In this document: positions 36,917-50,249 of the stretch, in pieces
Numbering within the stretch: position 1 is the first letter of the stretch
Layout: every line of letters starts with the position of its first letter
Source: Octopus sinensis
Lineage: Eukaryota
DNA length: 64,000 nucleotides
Assembly: GCF_006345805.1 (NCBI RefSeq)
Contig: NC_042997.1
Location: 60,884,001-60,948,000, forward strand
Direction: 5' to 3'
The notes under the pieces: generated by a model
Seen by the model: only the letters and a program-made list of their open reading frames with translations
The model's database searches: none
What the model was told of the DNA's origin: nothing
Made by a program: the position numbers and the translations under genes

Positions 36917-37395
36917 GGAGAGAGAGAGAGAGAGAAAGTGAGAGAGAGAGATGGAAAGAGTTGGGTAGAGATACCAACATTTAAAAGACATGGATTTTAA
37001 AAATTCTTCTTTTAAAACAGCTTTTCTTCATTGTTTTGCAATGCATGAAAAAAAATATAAAAAGCAGGGGAAACCCTTTCTGAAAGTCTGCTTTTCCATT
37101 TTCCAATAGCAGTATGTGGAGCACTATGAGTAATATTTACTGCATTTTTGACTTTAAAAAAATGTATTTTTTAGAAACATTCACTACCTTGTCAAAACTA
37201 TATCAGCAAAGAAAAGACCTTCTCTAAATGCAGTAAAACCTATAACATATTCAGGACACTATTTCAGTAAATTATCACTGTTCTCTTTGAGTATGTAAAA
37301 GACAAATTTAAGCAAGGGAAAATGGGTAAGACTAGACAAATTAAATATGCCCTTCCAGTTCTCAAGAATTAAATTTGAAAAAAAGTCATACACAT

Positions 37396-37784
37396 AGTGG
37401 CTGTGTGGTAAGTTGCTTGCTTACGAGCCACATGGTTCTGGGTTCAGTCCCACTGCATGGCACCTTGGGCAAGTGCCTTCTACTATAGCCTCGGGCCGAC
37501 CAAAGCCTTGTGGGTGGATTTGGTAGACGGAAACTGAAAGAAGCCCGTTGTATATATGTATATATATGTATGTATGTGTGTGTATATGTTTCCATGTCTG
37601 TGTTTGTTCCCCCAACATCGCTTGACAACTGATGCTGATTCGTTTACATCCCCGTAACTTAGCGGTTTGGTAAAAGGAGCCCGATAGAATAAGTACTAGG
37701 CTTACAATGAATAAGTCCTGGAGTCGATTTGCTTGACTAAAGGCGGTGCTCCAGCATGGCCGCAGTAAAAGAGTAAAGAGTATA
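37396..37784 (+). mobile_element. tRNA-derived SINE (type A), young
   Basis: Closely matches the 45800 copy along its length. Confidence 0.9.
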
Positions 37785-38358
37785 AACATCCTTAGACATC
37801 AGAAAGATCAGAAATGCAACAAAATTTAAAATATCTTGGTCACATAAAAGAGGATTATGGAAAAATCTCACATAATATTAAATTAATGAAACTCAACTAA
37901 ATCTAAAAACTCAACATAAAATATTTTTTATAGCTTCTTCACCAAAAATTATCCAGATATTTTATTAGCCACCTCAATTACAATAGGATCAAATTTGACG
38001 AAAAATTTCTGTAAATAGGACTTGTTACCTACGTTTCAAACTTTCAACTTCAACAACGACTATGTAAACTATACTGACCAATTTTTACTCCCAAGTATGT
38101 AACCTATATTGATCAAATTTTACTTCCAAAGATGATGCAATGGTACAAAATGAGAGAAAATAACAAGAAATCAGAAATTACTGATTTTGACCCAGTTACC
38201 AATTTTACCCCACTTCTATATAGTAATTCCAAGTGTTTGACTGAATGATGAAAAATATATGAAAAAATAAGAAAAAAAGGTTCAATTTTAAGAAACATTT
38301 GAATATATTTGCAATAATTCTAAAGCTGAAAAAGATTTTAATTAACTATATTTTCATA

Positions 38359-38754
38359 TCTTTATATATAAAAGTGAGGTTGTGTGGTGTCTGTCTCCTA
38401 CAATTTAGATTCCTAACTACTCCCACATTTTGCGGTGCAGTTTAACCAAAACCGGGTATCTTATAGTCGTGATTCATATCGAGCCCTTCTGGGTATTAGC
38501 ACGCGTCTATGATGAGTCTACGATTTAAAAAAAAATTTACCATCAATTTTTCCCATTTTTAATGCATTTTTGGCATATATAAGGGAAGTAACTCTCTAAA
38601 AATTTATTATTAAATCTCAGAACGTAAAAAGCTACAGTAACACCCCCACTTTGTGGTTAGCCATATTGAGATGGCTATTATACTTTACATCTCTAAAAAT
38701 GCTTATATAGTTATTTCCCTTACAAACCCGAGCAACGCCGGGCGATACTGCTAG
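38359..38754 (+). mobile_element. Non-autonomous Helitron, copy 2
   Basis: A|TC ... CTAG|T ends. Same 5' segment and identical 3' hairpin as the 13325 copy. Confidence 0.85.
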
Positions 38755-38835
38755 TTATATTTAAATACCTAAATGGTTATATAACTATATATTTATATTT
38801 TTTAACTAACTATATATTTATAACTATAACATATA

Positions 38836-38864
<29 letters not shown>

Positions 38865-38866
<2 letters not shown>

Positions 38867-38867
38867 C

Positions 38868-38899
<32 letters not shown>

Positions 38900-38925
38900 T
38901 ACCAATACTATTATTATTATTATTA

Positions 38926-38966
<41 letters not shown>

Positions 38967-38985
38967 GTTATTAGTATCATCATCA
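38865..38985. repeat. (TAT)n microsatellite
   Basis: Trinucleotide run. Confidence 0.95.
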
Positions 38986-39543
38986 TTATACTTGTGGATG
39001 GGTTTTTTTCTTTCTTTTTTTTTGCTATAGGTATATATATGTGTGTGTGTATATGTGTGTATGTATTTGTATTTAATATGCTGAATGCATTCCCAAAGTG
39101 TCTTCCCCACAACCACATAGTGTAATTGTATTATTTTAAAACAAAAACAATAAAAATTTTATACTGGAATTAAAATAAAGGAAACTATATTATGATGGTT
39201 TCCTGCTTAAGCAGGATACATGAGAAGAATAGAAACTAGGTTATGGACTAGTTCTCCAAGAACCTCTCCATAGAACACATACACAAACGTAGCTTAAATA
39301 TTGCATACTGAAGTATCTATTCATTGCTAAGGCTTTATTATTGTATATCAGTAACAGACAGCTTTCATGCTATGTCTGGAATATAAATTAGATTCTCAAA
39401 TGAAATTTATTTCTTTATATGTTTGTTTGGAGGTTGATTAAATTCAGTGGTTTGTTAGAATCACTTAAACTATAAATTACTATGTTTATTTGACCAAACA
39501 AAACATATTATGAAGATTATATATTTATAGAATATATACTTAC

Positions 39544-39623
39544 TTGATCTCTGGTTCTTTATGAAATAAAGTTGCAATCTTTCCTTAAAAGACTTCTCAT
39601 TTGTGAAAAATTCTACTCTAACC
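39544..39623 (-). CDS. slo2: Slo2/KCNT exon, cytoplasmic N-terminus
   Basis: Acceptor tttattttattttcag, donor gtaagtat, 80 nt, phase 2 to 1. Encodes (R)[26 protein letters not shown](S), compared with [32 protein letters not shown]. Confidence 0.96.
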
Positions 39624-40823
39624 CTGAAAATAAAATAAATTCTATTAGTGAAAATTAAATATTCCAATATAGACTTATAAAAAATGTAATGTAGATAAAA
39701 ATTTTATTACAAATATGCAATATAAACATATGACATGAAAGATTAAAATAATTAGCTAAGAAATATATGCAAAGAAACAAGTATTTTGTAAACAATCATA
39801 ATGTATAAAACTTAATTTTGGAGATGTTTTTATTTGAAATAAAAATTATTGATAATATACTGATCTCTTCCAATTAATTTTTCATGAAGTGAGTATAATC
39901 ACTTAAAATGGCCACATTTTATGATCCTAGAAATATGAAATCTAAAGTAGATCCCATTGGGGTATGTGAACTAAAAGCATTGAAGTAACAAACTAGATAC
40001 TGAAAAGCCTCCTATCCATCAAGAACACAACTATTTAAGCAAGCTTTGTTCTCTTTACATCATTGTAGAAATGAAATAACCAGGTGGATTGTTTTCAGCT
40101 ACTTGAACATAGGTCATAAATTCCTGTCTACTGCTGCAGATATTTCTTTTGACCACTGGGAATAGACATCAGATAATCTTTAATAGGGAAAATTATATTA
40201 GACTATTAAAATACCTATGAAACAAATATACCTGCAATAGACCACTTTCCTATTTCAGATTACATTTATTTTCTATCTACATTTTGCTATGAAACATGAG
40301 CTAAGCACCATCCTCTTGGGATAAGAAGGCATTCAAATTACACTACATACATAGCAGTATTACTTTTTTTTATTTGTTTCTTTTTCTTTCAGATATGTGT
40401 TGTATATACTATATTTATAAGGCTTTGTAGAAATGTGTGTAATGCCCATATAAGTTATTGTGACTTTTCCTATATAATGGATAAGAATGAAGCTTGAGGC
40501 CTTGAATGTGTGTGTGCACACACAGACGTACATATATATGAATGTATGCATTAAATATGAACATATATATATGTATGTATGTATTTATGTATGTATGTAT
40601 ATTGTGTTTATGCATGTGTATGTGTGTGTGTGTGTGTACAAACAAACACACATATACACATGTTCTTGTGTATACAAACATGCAACATATATACAAACAA
40701 CTTGCAATGTTTTCAACAGATCATTCTAATTGGACACCTAACAACATACCTACAAAAGTTCTCTAGACATTGCTAAAGTTGAAGTACAAAACGTTTAAGT
40801 GAAGGTTTGAAATATGTTAGAAT

Positions 40824-40857
<34 letters not shown>

Positions 40858-41203
40858 AGCAATAATGATTGCTACTGATACCATGAATGGTGACTTAATA
40901 GGTTAAGTTTTAATCAATGGCAATGTATATTTTTCTGATAAATTAGAGCAATTTCAAAGCAAATAAACACAATAACAGTGAAATATCAGCCCACCAGATG
41001 ACACCAGAAAAAAAAATGTATTTCTCATATTAAACAGGAATACAGTGAAAATATTGATTCAATAAAGCATGAAAAACGAATAGATTAGGAGTGGATACAT
41101 CTTAAAATGAATGCTGAGATTTTAACCAATCTCTGGTATCTGTTGTACACCAGGTTTCTTTCTTCTGATACCAAAGCCTCTCACTCATATTTGTAGCAGC
41201 TCT

Positions 41204-41426
41204 AAGGTGGCAAGATGGCAAAATCACTACCGCACTGAACAAAATGCTTGGTGGCATTTCTTCCATCTCTTTATGTTCTGAGTTCAAATACCACTGAGGT
41301 TGATTTTGCCTTTCATCTTCTGGGGGTTGTTAAAATAAATACCAGTCAAGTACTTGGGTTGATGTAATCAACTTGCCTTCTCCCCTCAAACTTTCTAACC
41401 TTGTGCAAAAATTAGAAAGGCTTATT
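41204..41426 (+). mobile_element. tRNA-derived SINE (type B)
   Basis: Same head and gcctttcatc...aaataaataccag domain as the 12608 copy. Confidence 0.75.
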
Positions 41427-41582
41427 AGCTCTATTGGTTTACACACAATGCTGTTGTTTTTTTTTTCATTTATAGTTTCAATATTAACATCAAATAGTAT
41501 TTAGTAATGGCACTTTACACTCATATCTTGTTGCGGTCAACTTAATTTTCATTTTTCTAGGGTTGATAAAATAAAATAGTGG

Positions 41583-41935
41583 GTACAGGTGTAGCTGTAT
41601 GTTAAGAGGTTTGCTTATAAACCGTATAGTTCCAGGTTCAGTTCCACTACATGGCAACTTGGGCAAAGGTCTTCTACTATAGCCATGGGTTGAACAAAGT
41701 TTTGTGAGTGAATTTGATTGATGGATACTGAAAAACGATTGTTCTGTGTGTGTGTGTGTGTTTGTCTCCTCACCACTGCTTGACAACTGGAGTTGATTTA
41801 CTTACATACCTGATAAAATAAGTAGCAAACTTAAAAAAGAAAATACTAGGGTCAATTTACTTAACTAAACCCTTCAAGTACCCTAGGATGCATACAAGCC
41901 AGATTACTTAAAACAAGTGTAAGGCAAAAGATAAG
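41583..41935 (+). mobile_element. tRNA-derived SINE (type A), old
   Basis: Head ggtacaggtgtagctgtatgttaag...ggttcagttcc, then cttgggcaaaggtcttctactatagcc. Confidence 0.75.
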
Positions 41936-42437
41936 AACCGGAATTAGTTTGTCTTCAATTACCTCCAAAATCGATGGCCTTATACCATTATTAAAAATCA
42001 ATATTTTCAAAGTCAAGTTTTGTAGAAATTAACATGATTATTTTACCCCTGTGTTTGATAAATTTTGACATTATTACCTGGAGAGTTGATATCATTAAGT
42101 GCTTTGGATTGGATTCAGATTCATTTATTCTTTCTATGACATGATTTGATTTAATCATGCATTTAAATAGACAATCTTAATGTTTAAAAAAGAAAATATT
42201 GACCATTTCAAAGAGGAGACATTACTGCATAACCCCATTGTATATGTAGAAAGTGTCAGGTCTTATAAAATATTCTACATTATTAGAACAAATCTGAGAT
42301 AGAAAAGAGATAAGTCAAATGATGAAATCCAAACCACTCATTTTAATATTTCATTTTTAACTGCTATATTTGTCTCAGAAGATAATTAGTCAGTCGTGCA
42401 GCATAGTAGAAGAGCTTAAACTCAATACACACAAAAC

Positions 42438-42479
<42 letters not shown>

Positions 42480-43152
42480 TCTCCTCACCACTGCTTGACA
42501 ACTGGAGTTGATTTACTTACATACCTGATAAAATAAGTAGCAAACTTAAAAAGAAAATACTAGGGTCAATTTACTTAACTAAACCCTTCAAGGTAGTACC
42601 CTAGGATGCATACAAGCCAGATTACTTAAAACAAGTGTAAGGCAAAAGATAACCGGAATTAGTTTGTCTTCAATTACCTCCAAAATCGATGGCCTTATAC
42701 CATTATTAAAAATCAATATTTTCAAAGTCAAGTTTTGTAGAAATTAACATGATTATTTTACCCCTGTGTTTGATAAATTTTGACATTATTACCTGGAGAG
42801 TTGATATCATTAAGTGCTTTGGATTGGATTCAGATTCATTTATTCTTTCTATGACATGATTTGATTTAATCATGCATTTAAATAGACAATCTTAATGTTT
42901 AAAAAAGAAAATATTGACCATTTCAAAGAGGAGACATTACTGCATAACCCCATTGTATATGTAGAAAGTGTCAGGTCTTATAAAATATTCTACATTATTA
43001 GAACAAATCTGAGATAGAAAAGAGATAAGTCAAATGATGAAATCCAAACCACTCATTTTAATATTTCATTTTTAACTGCTATATTTGTCTCAGAAGATAA
43101 TTAGTCAGTCGTGCAGCATAGTAGAAGAGCTTAAACTCAATACACACAAAAC

Positions 43153-43190
<38 letters not shown>
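41745..43190. repeat. Tandem duplication, unit about 715 bp
   Basis: tttgtctcctcacc starts at 41761 and again at 42476. Copies are near-identical and bounded by (TG)n. Confidence 0.95.
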
Positions 43191-43191
<1 letters not shown>

Positions 43192-43229
43192 ATGCGCACA
43201 AGTGTGTTTGTTTGTGTGTGTGTGTGTAG

Positions 43230-43565
43230 CTTTTATCCTTTACTTGTTACAGTCATTGGATTATAGCCGTGCTAGAGCACCTCCTTGAAGGTTTATTTGA
43301 ATGAAGCAACCCCAGTACTTACTTTTTTTAAAGCCTGGTAGTTATTTTATTGATTTCTCTAACTGAACTGTTAAGTTACTGGGATGTAAACTAACCAACA
43401 CCAGTTGTCAACACACATCTACACATATATATGAAAGGCAACTTTTAGTTTCTGCACCAAATTCACTTACAAAGTTGTGGTCAGTCTAGGGCTACTGCCA
43501 TGCAGTGGAACTGAACCTGGAGCCATGTGGTTCAGAAGAAAACTTCTTACCACACAGCTACACCT
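43230..43565 (-). mobile_element. tRNA-derived SINE (type A), old
   Basis: Reverse-complement head (ccatgcagtggaactgaacctgg...cttaccacacagctacacc) and tail. Confidence 0.75.
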
Positions 43566-44036
43566 AAATCTAAATATATGTATGACTGTGTATTGTGTGT
43601 GTGTGTGTTATTACACACACAAGCACATACACACACATGCACACACACACACAAGATTAAGAGTTTCACACAAGTATATTAAAACACAAAAAGAAAATGC
43701 TTTGAGAACTTTATCATGCAGAAAACTCACAAAATATTTACATTTTTATGTAAATATTTTCTTCCTCCTATTCATGATAAAATTCTTGAGGAATTTTTGA
43801 GTTATATTTATACATGGTTAATACTGCTTCTGTTACTAATAGCAAGTGATTTTTCAGTTACTGTTTTACTATACCAGTAGTAGTTGATTTTGTTTTAGCA
43901 TACAGGTGTCAGTGAATACTTGTTACTGATGAAGTTCAAAGAGTAAAAATACATATTAGCAATGTCATCACTGCTACAGGGAAACTTTTGGTTGCTACTG
44001 ATATATTTCTGTTTTTAACACTCTCTCTCTCCCACC

Positions 44037-44067
<31 letters not shown>

Positions 44068-44068
44068 A

Positions 44069-44294
44069 ATATTGTTATATTTCGGAATGGTCATTTTGCC
44101 AGTTTAGCCAATAAAAACACACGCACTATATATTTGGTGTTACTTTGCTTCAGTGTTATTTATTTTTTACATTAATCTTAATCTTATTTGGGCCAGAGTC
44201 CTTTCGTCACACTCCTGTGACCGCATCAGTGGTCCTTTGTTTTTTGTTTTATTGGCTAAACTGGCAAAATGACCATTCCAAAATATAACAATAT
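44069..44294 (-). mobile_element. Solo PLE terminal-repeat fragment with ~49-bp inverted arms
   Basis: 44069-44120 and 44246-44294 are reverse complements with one mismatch and flank a hammerhead. Confidence 0.7.
44190..44235 (-). ncRNA. Hammerhead ribozyme, mutated core
   Basis: Minus strand: ggacca CTGATGCG gtcac aggagt gtgac GAAA ggac tc tggccc. Stems I and II are clear; the core deviates at position 9. Confidence 0.65.
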
Positions 44295-45799
44295 CTGTTT
44301 TAACACAAGACTTCACATAAAAAATCTTGCACAACAAATATATAAACGTATATAAGAAATAATTTCTCAAAACGAATATCACAGTCTATAAGGCTTTAAT
44401 GATGTATCTGCTTTAAGTGTGTAACACAGGTAGCTATTTTGAACTGATATTGTTTCTGTCACTGATAAAGCATGCACACACACACACACACACACACATA
44501 AACTCACTAATGTTCAACATAGATTTGACAATAGAGAATATTCTTATGAATCAGATACAATTTAATCTGTCCTGCTAATGTAAGTAACTGACTAATTATA
44601 TTGTAAAGATAAAAAAAAGAAATTCTGTAGTGCTGTTAGGTACATAGTCACTCAACAAGCTACTGCAATCATGGTTCAGACAACATTAGTGGGCCTGTTT
44701 TCCTTTACATATTTAAATCTTAATTTAGTCTGCTTTACACCAAATTCTCTCCAATACAACATTTTACCTTCTTTTCTAAAACTTTCAATGAATTGATTTT
44801 ATTTGTATTATCCCCCTTCTTGTTTTTGAATTTTAAACACTCTTAAAAGAAGGTTTTGTTTACTAGTTATATGGATAATGTCAGTAAACTGCAAATTTTC
44901 TGTTCACTAAATTACATGTGTAAGACCTTACTGTATTTGCATTTAGTACGCAGAATGCTCCCTTCAGGTATTTGTCCTCAGTCATATTGTAATTCTTAGG
45001 ATGTCTAATAATATTTTACATTAACAAATTTTAGCATTTAATTCATTATAATTTGATTTAAAGCTCATTTCTTATTGCAAATATGAAATCAAGGTAGTGC
45101 ACCTACCTCTGTATGTGGGTCATTTGTGTACATGATATATAATAACTTATACAGGGAGTTCAACCACCTTGGGTTCCCTTCAAGGAGTACCCTCTGTTAC
45201 AGGCAATTAGCTCAGGTTATCCATTTGAGGATACCTTCTACCCACCCACTAATCTCTTGGAGGGCTATGGACGCTATCTTTTCCTAGACAACCCTGCTCC
45301 CCAAACTTTCCTAAAAATACAGCCTGACTAATTTCCTTGTAGAGACAGAAATAACACAAATGAAAATAAAATAGCAGAAAAAACAGTAATTTTACTTGAT
45401 TCAAAATAGAAAGTTTAATAGGTACTCTGTAGTGAAATATTTTATAATGAAAACCATAGCAGTTAATTCATTCATAATTATTTCATAGAACTTTACATCA
45501 AATGTCATGATATTGATAACTTTCAAATATCTTTTATTCTTACAAGAAATGAACATTTAATTTAAAGATTGCTTCCTTCAGGCTATATTTTGAATTAGAA
45601 ACCAATGCTTTGAAGTTAATTTTATTGTTCATTTCTGATAGATCTTTGAAGTTTAAGAGACAAAAGTCAGTAGCTATTTTAACCAATATATAGTTTATTT
45701 ATTTATATTTAGCTTAGTTTATTTTATAACATTTTAGAAATAAGGAAGACATTAAAGGAAATAGAAATTGGGAAAGGATTCTGACTATAAAATTAATAA

Positions 45800-45949
45800 G
45801 GCGCAGGAGTGGCTGTCTGGTAAGTAGCTTGCTTACAAACCACATGGTCCTAGGTTCAGTCCCTTGGTCAAGTGTCTTCTACTATTGCCTCGGGCTGATC
45901 AAAGCCTTGTGAGTGGATTTGGTAGACAGAAACTGGAAGAAGCCTGTAG

Positions 45950-46018
<69 letters not shown>

Positions 46019-46240
46019 GTGTGTATATATTTGTGTGTCTGTGTTTGTCTCCAAAACATTGCTTGGCAACCGATGCTGATGTGTTTACATCCCTGTAGCT
46101 TAGCGGTTCGGCAAAAGAGACCGACAGAATAAGTACTAGGCTTACAAAGAATAAGCTCTGGGGTCGATTTGCCCTGACTAAAGGCGGTGCTCCAGCATGG
46201 CTGCAGTCAAATAACTGAAACAAGTAAAGAATAAAAGAAT
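45800..46240 (+). mobile_element. tRNA-derived SINE (type A), full length
   Basis: ggcgcaggagtggctgtctggtaag head, ggttcagtccc B box, CORE-like ttggtcaagtgtcttctact, internal microsatellite, tail gaaacaagtaaagaataaaaga. Confidence 0.9.
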
Positions 46241-48882
46241 AATATTTACTGTTCAAAGACAAATTAGTTCATAACGTATCAGAGATTTTTAAGCCTTAAG
46301 AATAGCCATATTTGATTTCTTTAACCCTTTTGCTATCAAACAACCTGAAAATTTGTTTTCAGGTTTCATATTTAAATTCCATGCTAGAAACATTAATAAA
46401 ACTCTCTTTTGAATAACTGCTTAATAATGAAATAGTAACTTCACTAATTCCTACTGAAGTCATTATTTTAAAATTAATTAAAACAGAAGTTGCATATTTT
46501 GTAGGAAATGTGGTCACAAAAATGCAAAGGAAATTGAAAAACATCAGCACATACTGTTATAAAAGAAAGTGAAAAAAATCCACATTCTACATTATAATTC
46601 TATTGAAAATGTACTTCATTTAACATGTGCCTAATTACTTTTTCAGTTGCTTAAAAATGTCCTTCTGTGCTTCATAAATATTGCATGTTATGTGTAGCTT
46701 AACTAAAATCATTTATCACATTTAGTTGTTGAATTTTATTAAATAAAAATAAACTGGATACAATACATCTTGCTTACTAAATGATTCCTTACTAAACCAA
46801 GCACTCCCAGACTGAAGCACAGTATATTCAGAAGTAAAAATGTAGTGTCCTATATCACTTTGCTTAAGACAAATAAATAGAGAAAATGGGAGTTTTTATT
46901 TTTTCAATAAACTGCAGTTTCCAAAACATATACAAATCTCTTAACCTCATCTCTTGTGTATTATATTTCTAACAACATTTCAATCAGTTCGACCCTGATT
47001 CCTTTGAAGAATCTTAACCATGCATACATATATTTCCTTTAACTGACATTACAAATCTGAACTCTTATTTTTAAACATTAAAAATTTTGTATTAGAAATA
47101 TAAGTATTGAATCCAAATTTAGCCAAGTGAATATACATTTGGAAATAAGGTATCAGCAGACAAGCACAAATTGTACTGATCAAATCACAGTGTATATAAA
47201 TATAAACAAACTTTTGTTTTTTATAAGCATTGAAGTGTGTATTGTAAGATACAAATAAGATGATAATTTATTTTTGAACACAGAAGCACCATTAGAACAA
47301 CAGAAATATTGAGTAAATTACTCTTACAAAGTGGAAATGTATCTTACAGTGTAATGCGATTAAAAAACTGGAAAATTTAAATCATCAAAATCAACTCACA
47401 TGAGAAACATGCAATATATTGAGCAACTTTATATTTCATCCCAATATTGTCATTAACTATAATGATGAAATTTAATAAATAAAATAAAAGAGAAGTATTT
47501 CTTAATGTTTAAGATTTATAATATCTATTAGAAATAAAAATTAACAATGAAAATTTGATAAGACAACTTTTGGGATGTGCAGTAGTGGGCATCCCGATAA
47601 AACTAAATAACTAGAGCTGTTAACTAATTGCCAAAATCCAATTAAAAATTCAGCTTTGAGAAATTTAATAAGTTAAAATATATGAAGCTGCCAACTTTGT
47701 TATTTCTTTCCATATAAATATTTACTTCTATTGAACCAAAAGTTATCCACAAAATAGATTTAAACTCTTATTCACAGAGAAAATTGTCTAGTAAATATCC
47801 TGCAATTCACATGCAAATATTTGCTTAGAAACCAATTTGACAACAGAATTCTCCAGTTAATGATTTACTTCTGAATTTTCAAATTTATACTGTAATAATC
47901 ATTTTCCATTATGTACATATGCTGAATAATTACCACAAAATCAGATATGTGGCAAGAAAACAAATCATGTAAGAGGCTTTTTTCAGTTCTGTTTGATATC
48001 ATATTACCTTTGGAATCTCTCTGTATTGCTCACAAGTCTACACCTACTTTACAAAATATATATGTATTATGTACACACACACACACACACACACACATTC
48101 ATATATACATTCATATTCTCTTCAAAATTTTCTTTCAAGGTCTTGGACAAATAAATGATAAATAAAAGCCTAAGAGATACAAAAAGCTATAATCCTATTT
48201 TTACTACTATATTATAAGCTAAGCATTATTAGTTTGTAAAATTATTCAAATATAAAAAAAATAAACATTAAAGGAAATGTTCTCTCAAATATTTGACATT
48301 AACACAATTTGAATTAATATTTCAGGCAATGAAATCCTTTATTCAATAAAAAATAGTTAGGGTTATAGAAAATTGTTTATGTAACAGCAAACAGATTAAA
48401 TGCAAAAGGAAATTACATCTGTCATACAAGCAATACATAGCTGGTTAGGCTTTCATCTGTTTCAAGTAGTAGAGAAAAAACAAAGGATACCTTGCTGTTA
48501 CATGCTTTGATGTCAATAAATGTTAGGCTTAATCTTTTTAGTTATTTTCTATTGTTATACAATTAGATTTGTCACTTCATTGATTATGTGACTAACATAT
48601 TTTTAACAGTTTAAATAACAACCAAATAAATTGTATGTTTAACAGTGTTTTATCATATCTCAACTTATTTCTGAAAAAAAAAGAAGGAAAAAAAAATAGA
48701 AAAAGAAATTTTTACCATTATCTTTAGAGTATTTCAAACAAGTACTCATTTCAACAGATTAAAAATATAAGATTTGGAAAAAGTTCACTGCAGCAAATGT
48801 AAGGAAATAGTGGAAAATGCTTATTATATTCTGGTTTTAGAAACACAGCAATTGGGGCACAAAACCTGAATAATAACCATAC

Positions 48883-48921
48883 CGGTCATTTTCCATAAAT
48901 TCAAAATTTCCAGATCCAATG
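48883..48921 (-). CDS. slo2: Slo2/KCNT 39-nt exon, N-terminus
   Basis: Acceptor tttctctctcttgtctacag, donor gtatgg, phase 2 to 2. IGSGNFEFMEND + cg|g (R) joins the 39623 exon to give ENDRVRVEF, similar to the KCNT (N/E)DRVQVEF motif. Confidence 0.85.
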
Positions 48922-49549
48922 CTGTAGACAAGAGAGAGAAATTATTTAGAAAATTAACGAATGTGTTCTAAATATTAAGAGGTCAATGAACTCTGGTTAA
49001 TTTTAAAATATTTAATTACAGTGTATCAAATTAGCTAAGTTTGTGAGATATGGCTTCTACTGAAAAGGTATTTCATGTTTGACATAATATATTTATGAAA
49101 AGAAAACTAGCTTCTAAAGTTACAAAGTTTTGAAATGTGTAAATATGTTGGAAATTGATAAAATTTGGACAAACACAGACTAAATATTAAACTAATTCAG
49201 TATATAAAGTTATATTTATTATATCTATAATCTTGTTACAAAAGAAATCCTCTCTATATATTTTAGGTTCTAGGTAAAATGGCATAGATATTTGAACAAC
49301 TTCAGTTTTTTAACATACTAGCCATTGTTCAGTTCTGCTAAAGTTAATTTTCTTGATAGGCTGCACAGTGAGCCTTTACTAAAGTGTATAAATGGAGGCA
49401 TTGTCAACCAAATTAATGGCAGGGGCTAATATTGTATATGTATAAAATACTGGGTGAGTATGTACTGCCCAGTGAACAAGATAAAAATTTACAGAATAAG
49501 ACAAAATACTCCAAACGTCATGTAACCATAAAAAACATATAAATATATC

Positions 49550-49866
49550 TTTTATCTTTTACTTGTTTTAGTCATTAGACTATGGCCATGCTGCAGCACC
49601 ACCTTGAAGAATTTTCAGTCAAATGAATTGACTCCAGTACTATTTTTTTAAAGCCTGATACTTATTCTATTGGCCTCTCTAATGGTCTCAAACTACTAAG
49701 TTATGGGGACATAAATACACCAACACTGGTTTTTAAGTGGTAGTGGTGGTGGGGACAAAGGTAGACACAAAGGAATACACACACAGATATTTATGTATAT
49801 ATATATATATATATATGGCAAGCTTCTTTCAGTTTCTGTCTACCAAATCCACTCACAAGGCTTTGA
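49550..49866 (-). mobile_element. Type A SINE lacking the tRNA head
   Basis: Tail and body motifs are present, ending at ccaaatccactcacaaggcttt. Confidence 0.75.
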
Positions 49867-50249
49867 GTTTTATAAAATTATTTAACATTACATAATATAT
49901 AAATTATTAACATTTTAGATAGTTTATTACATTTACTTGTGGCAAATGACAGATGAGCTTTATATGGTGGAGGTTGGAGTTAGAACTAAGATAAGTCAGT
50001 CGTAATGAGTTATTAGAACTAAGATGAGTCACTAATTCTTGCCTTCTGTTTGTAGAAATCAGAGGTGACTGAGGAAGGATTGAGTCAATAGTAGGAGGGT
50101 TAACAATATCATTAGAATGAATTGGTTTGAAGATGAGTATTTCAGTTGTGTATATTGCTGATCCTGCTTCTGGACAAAAAATTTCCTTAAAGCTCTAAAG
50201 TATTGATAATATTACTGAAGATCAGTTTCTGATGACAAATACAAAACAA

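Noticed and set aside
46321-46525. Possible second TTAA MITE (ttaacccttttgct...)
   Set aside because: The right TIR and TTAA are not recognisable.
493-47000. Numerous track ORFs rich in YI, VC, HT, MYVC or LS repeats
   Set aside because: They are translations of (TA)n, (TG)n, (TACA)n, (GA)n and (TAT)n microsatellites.
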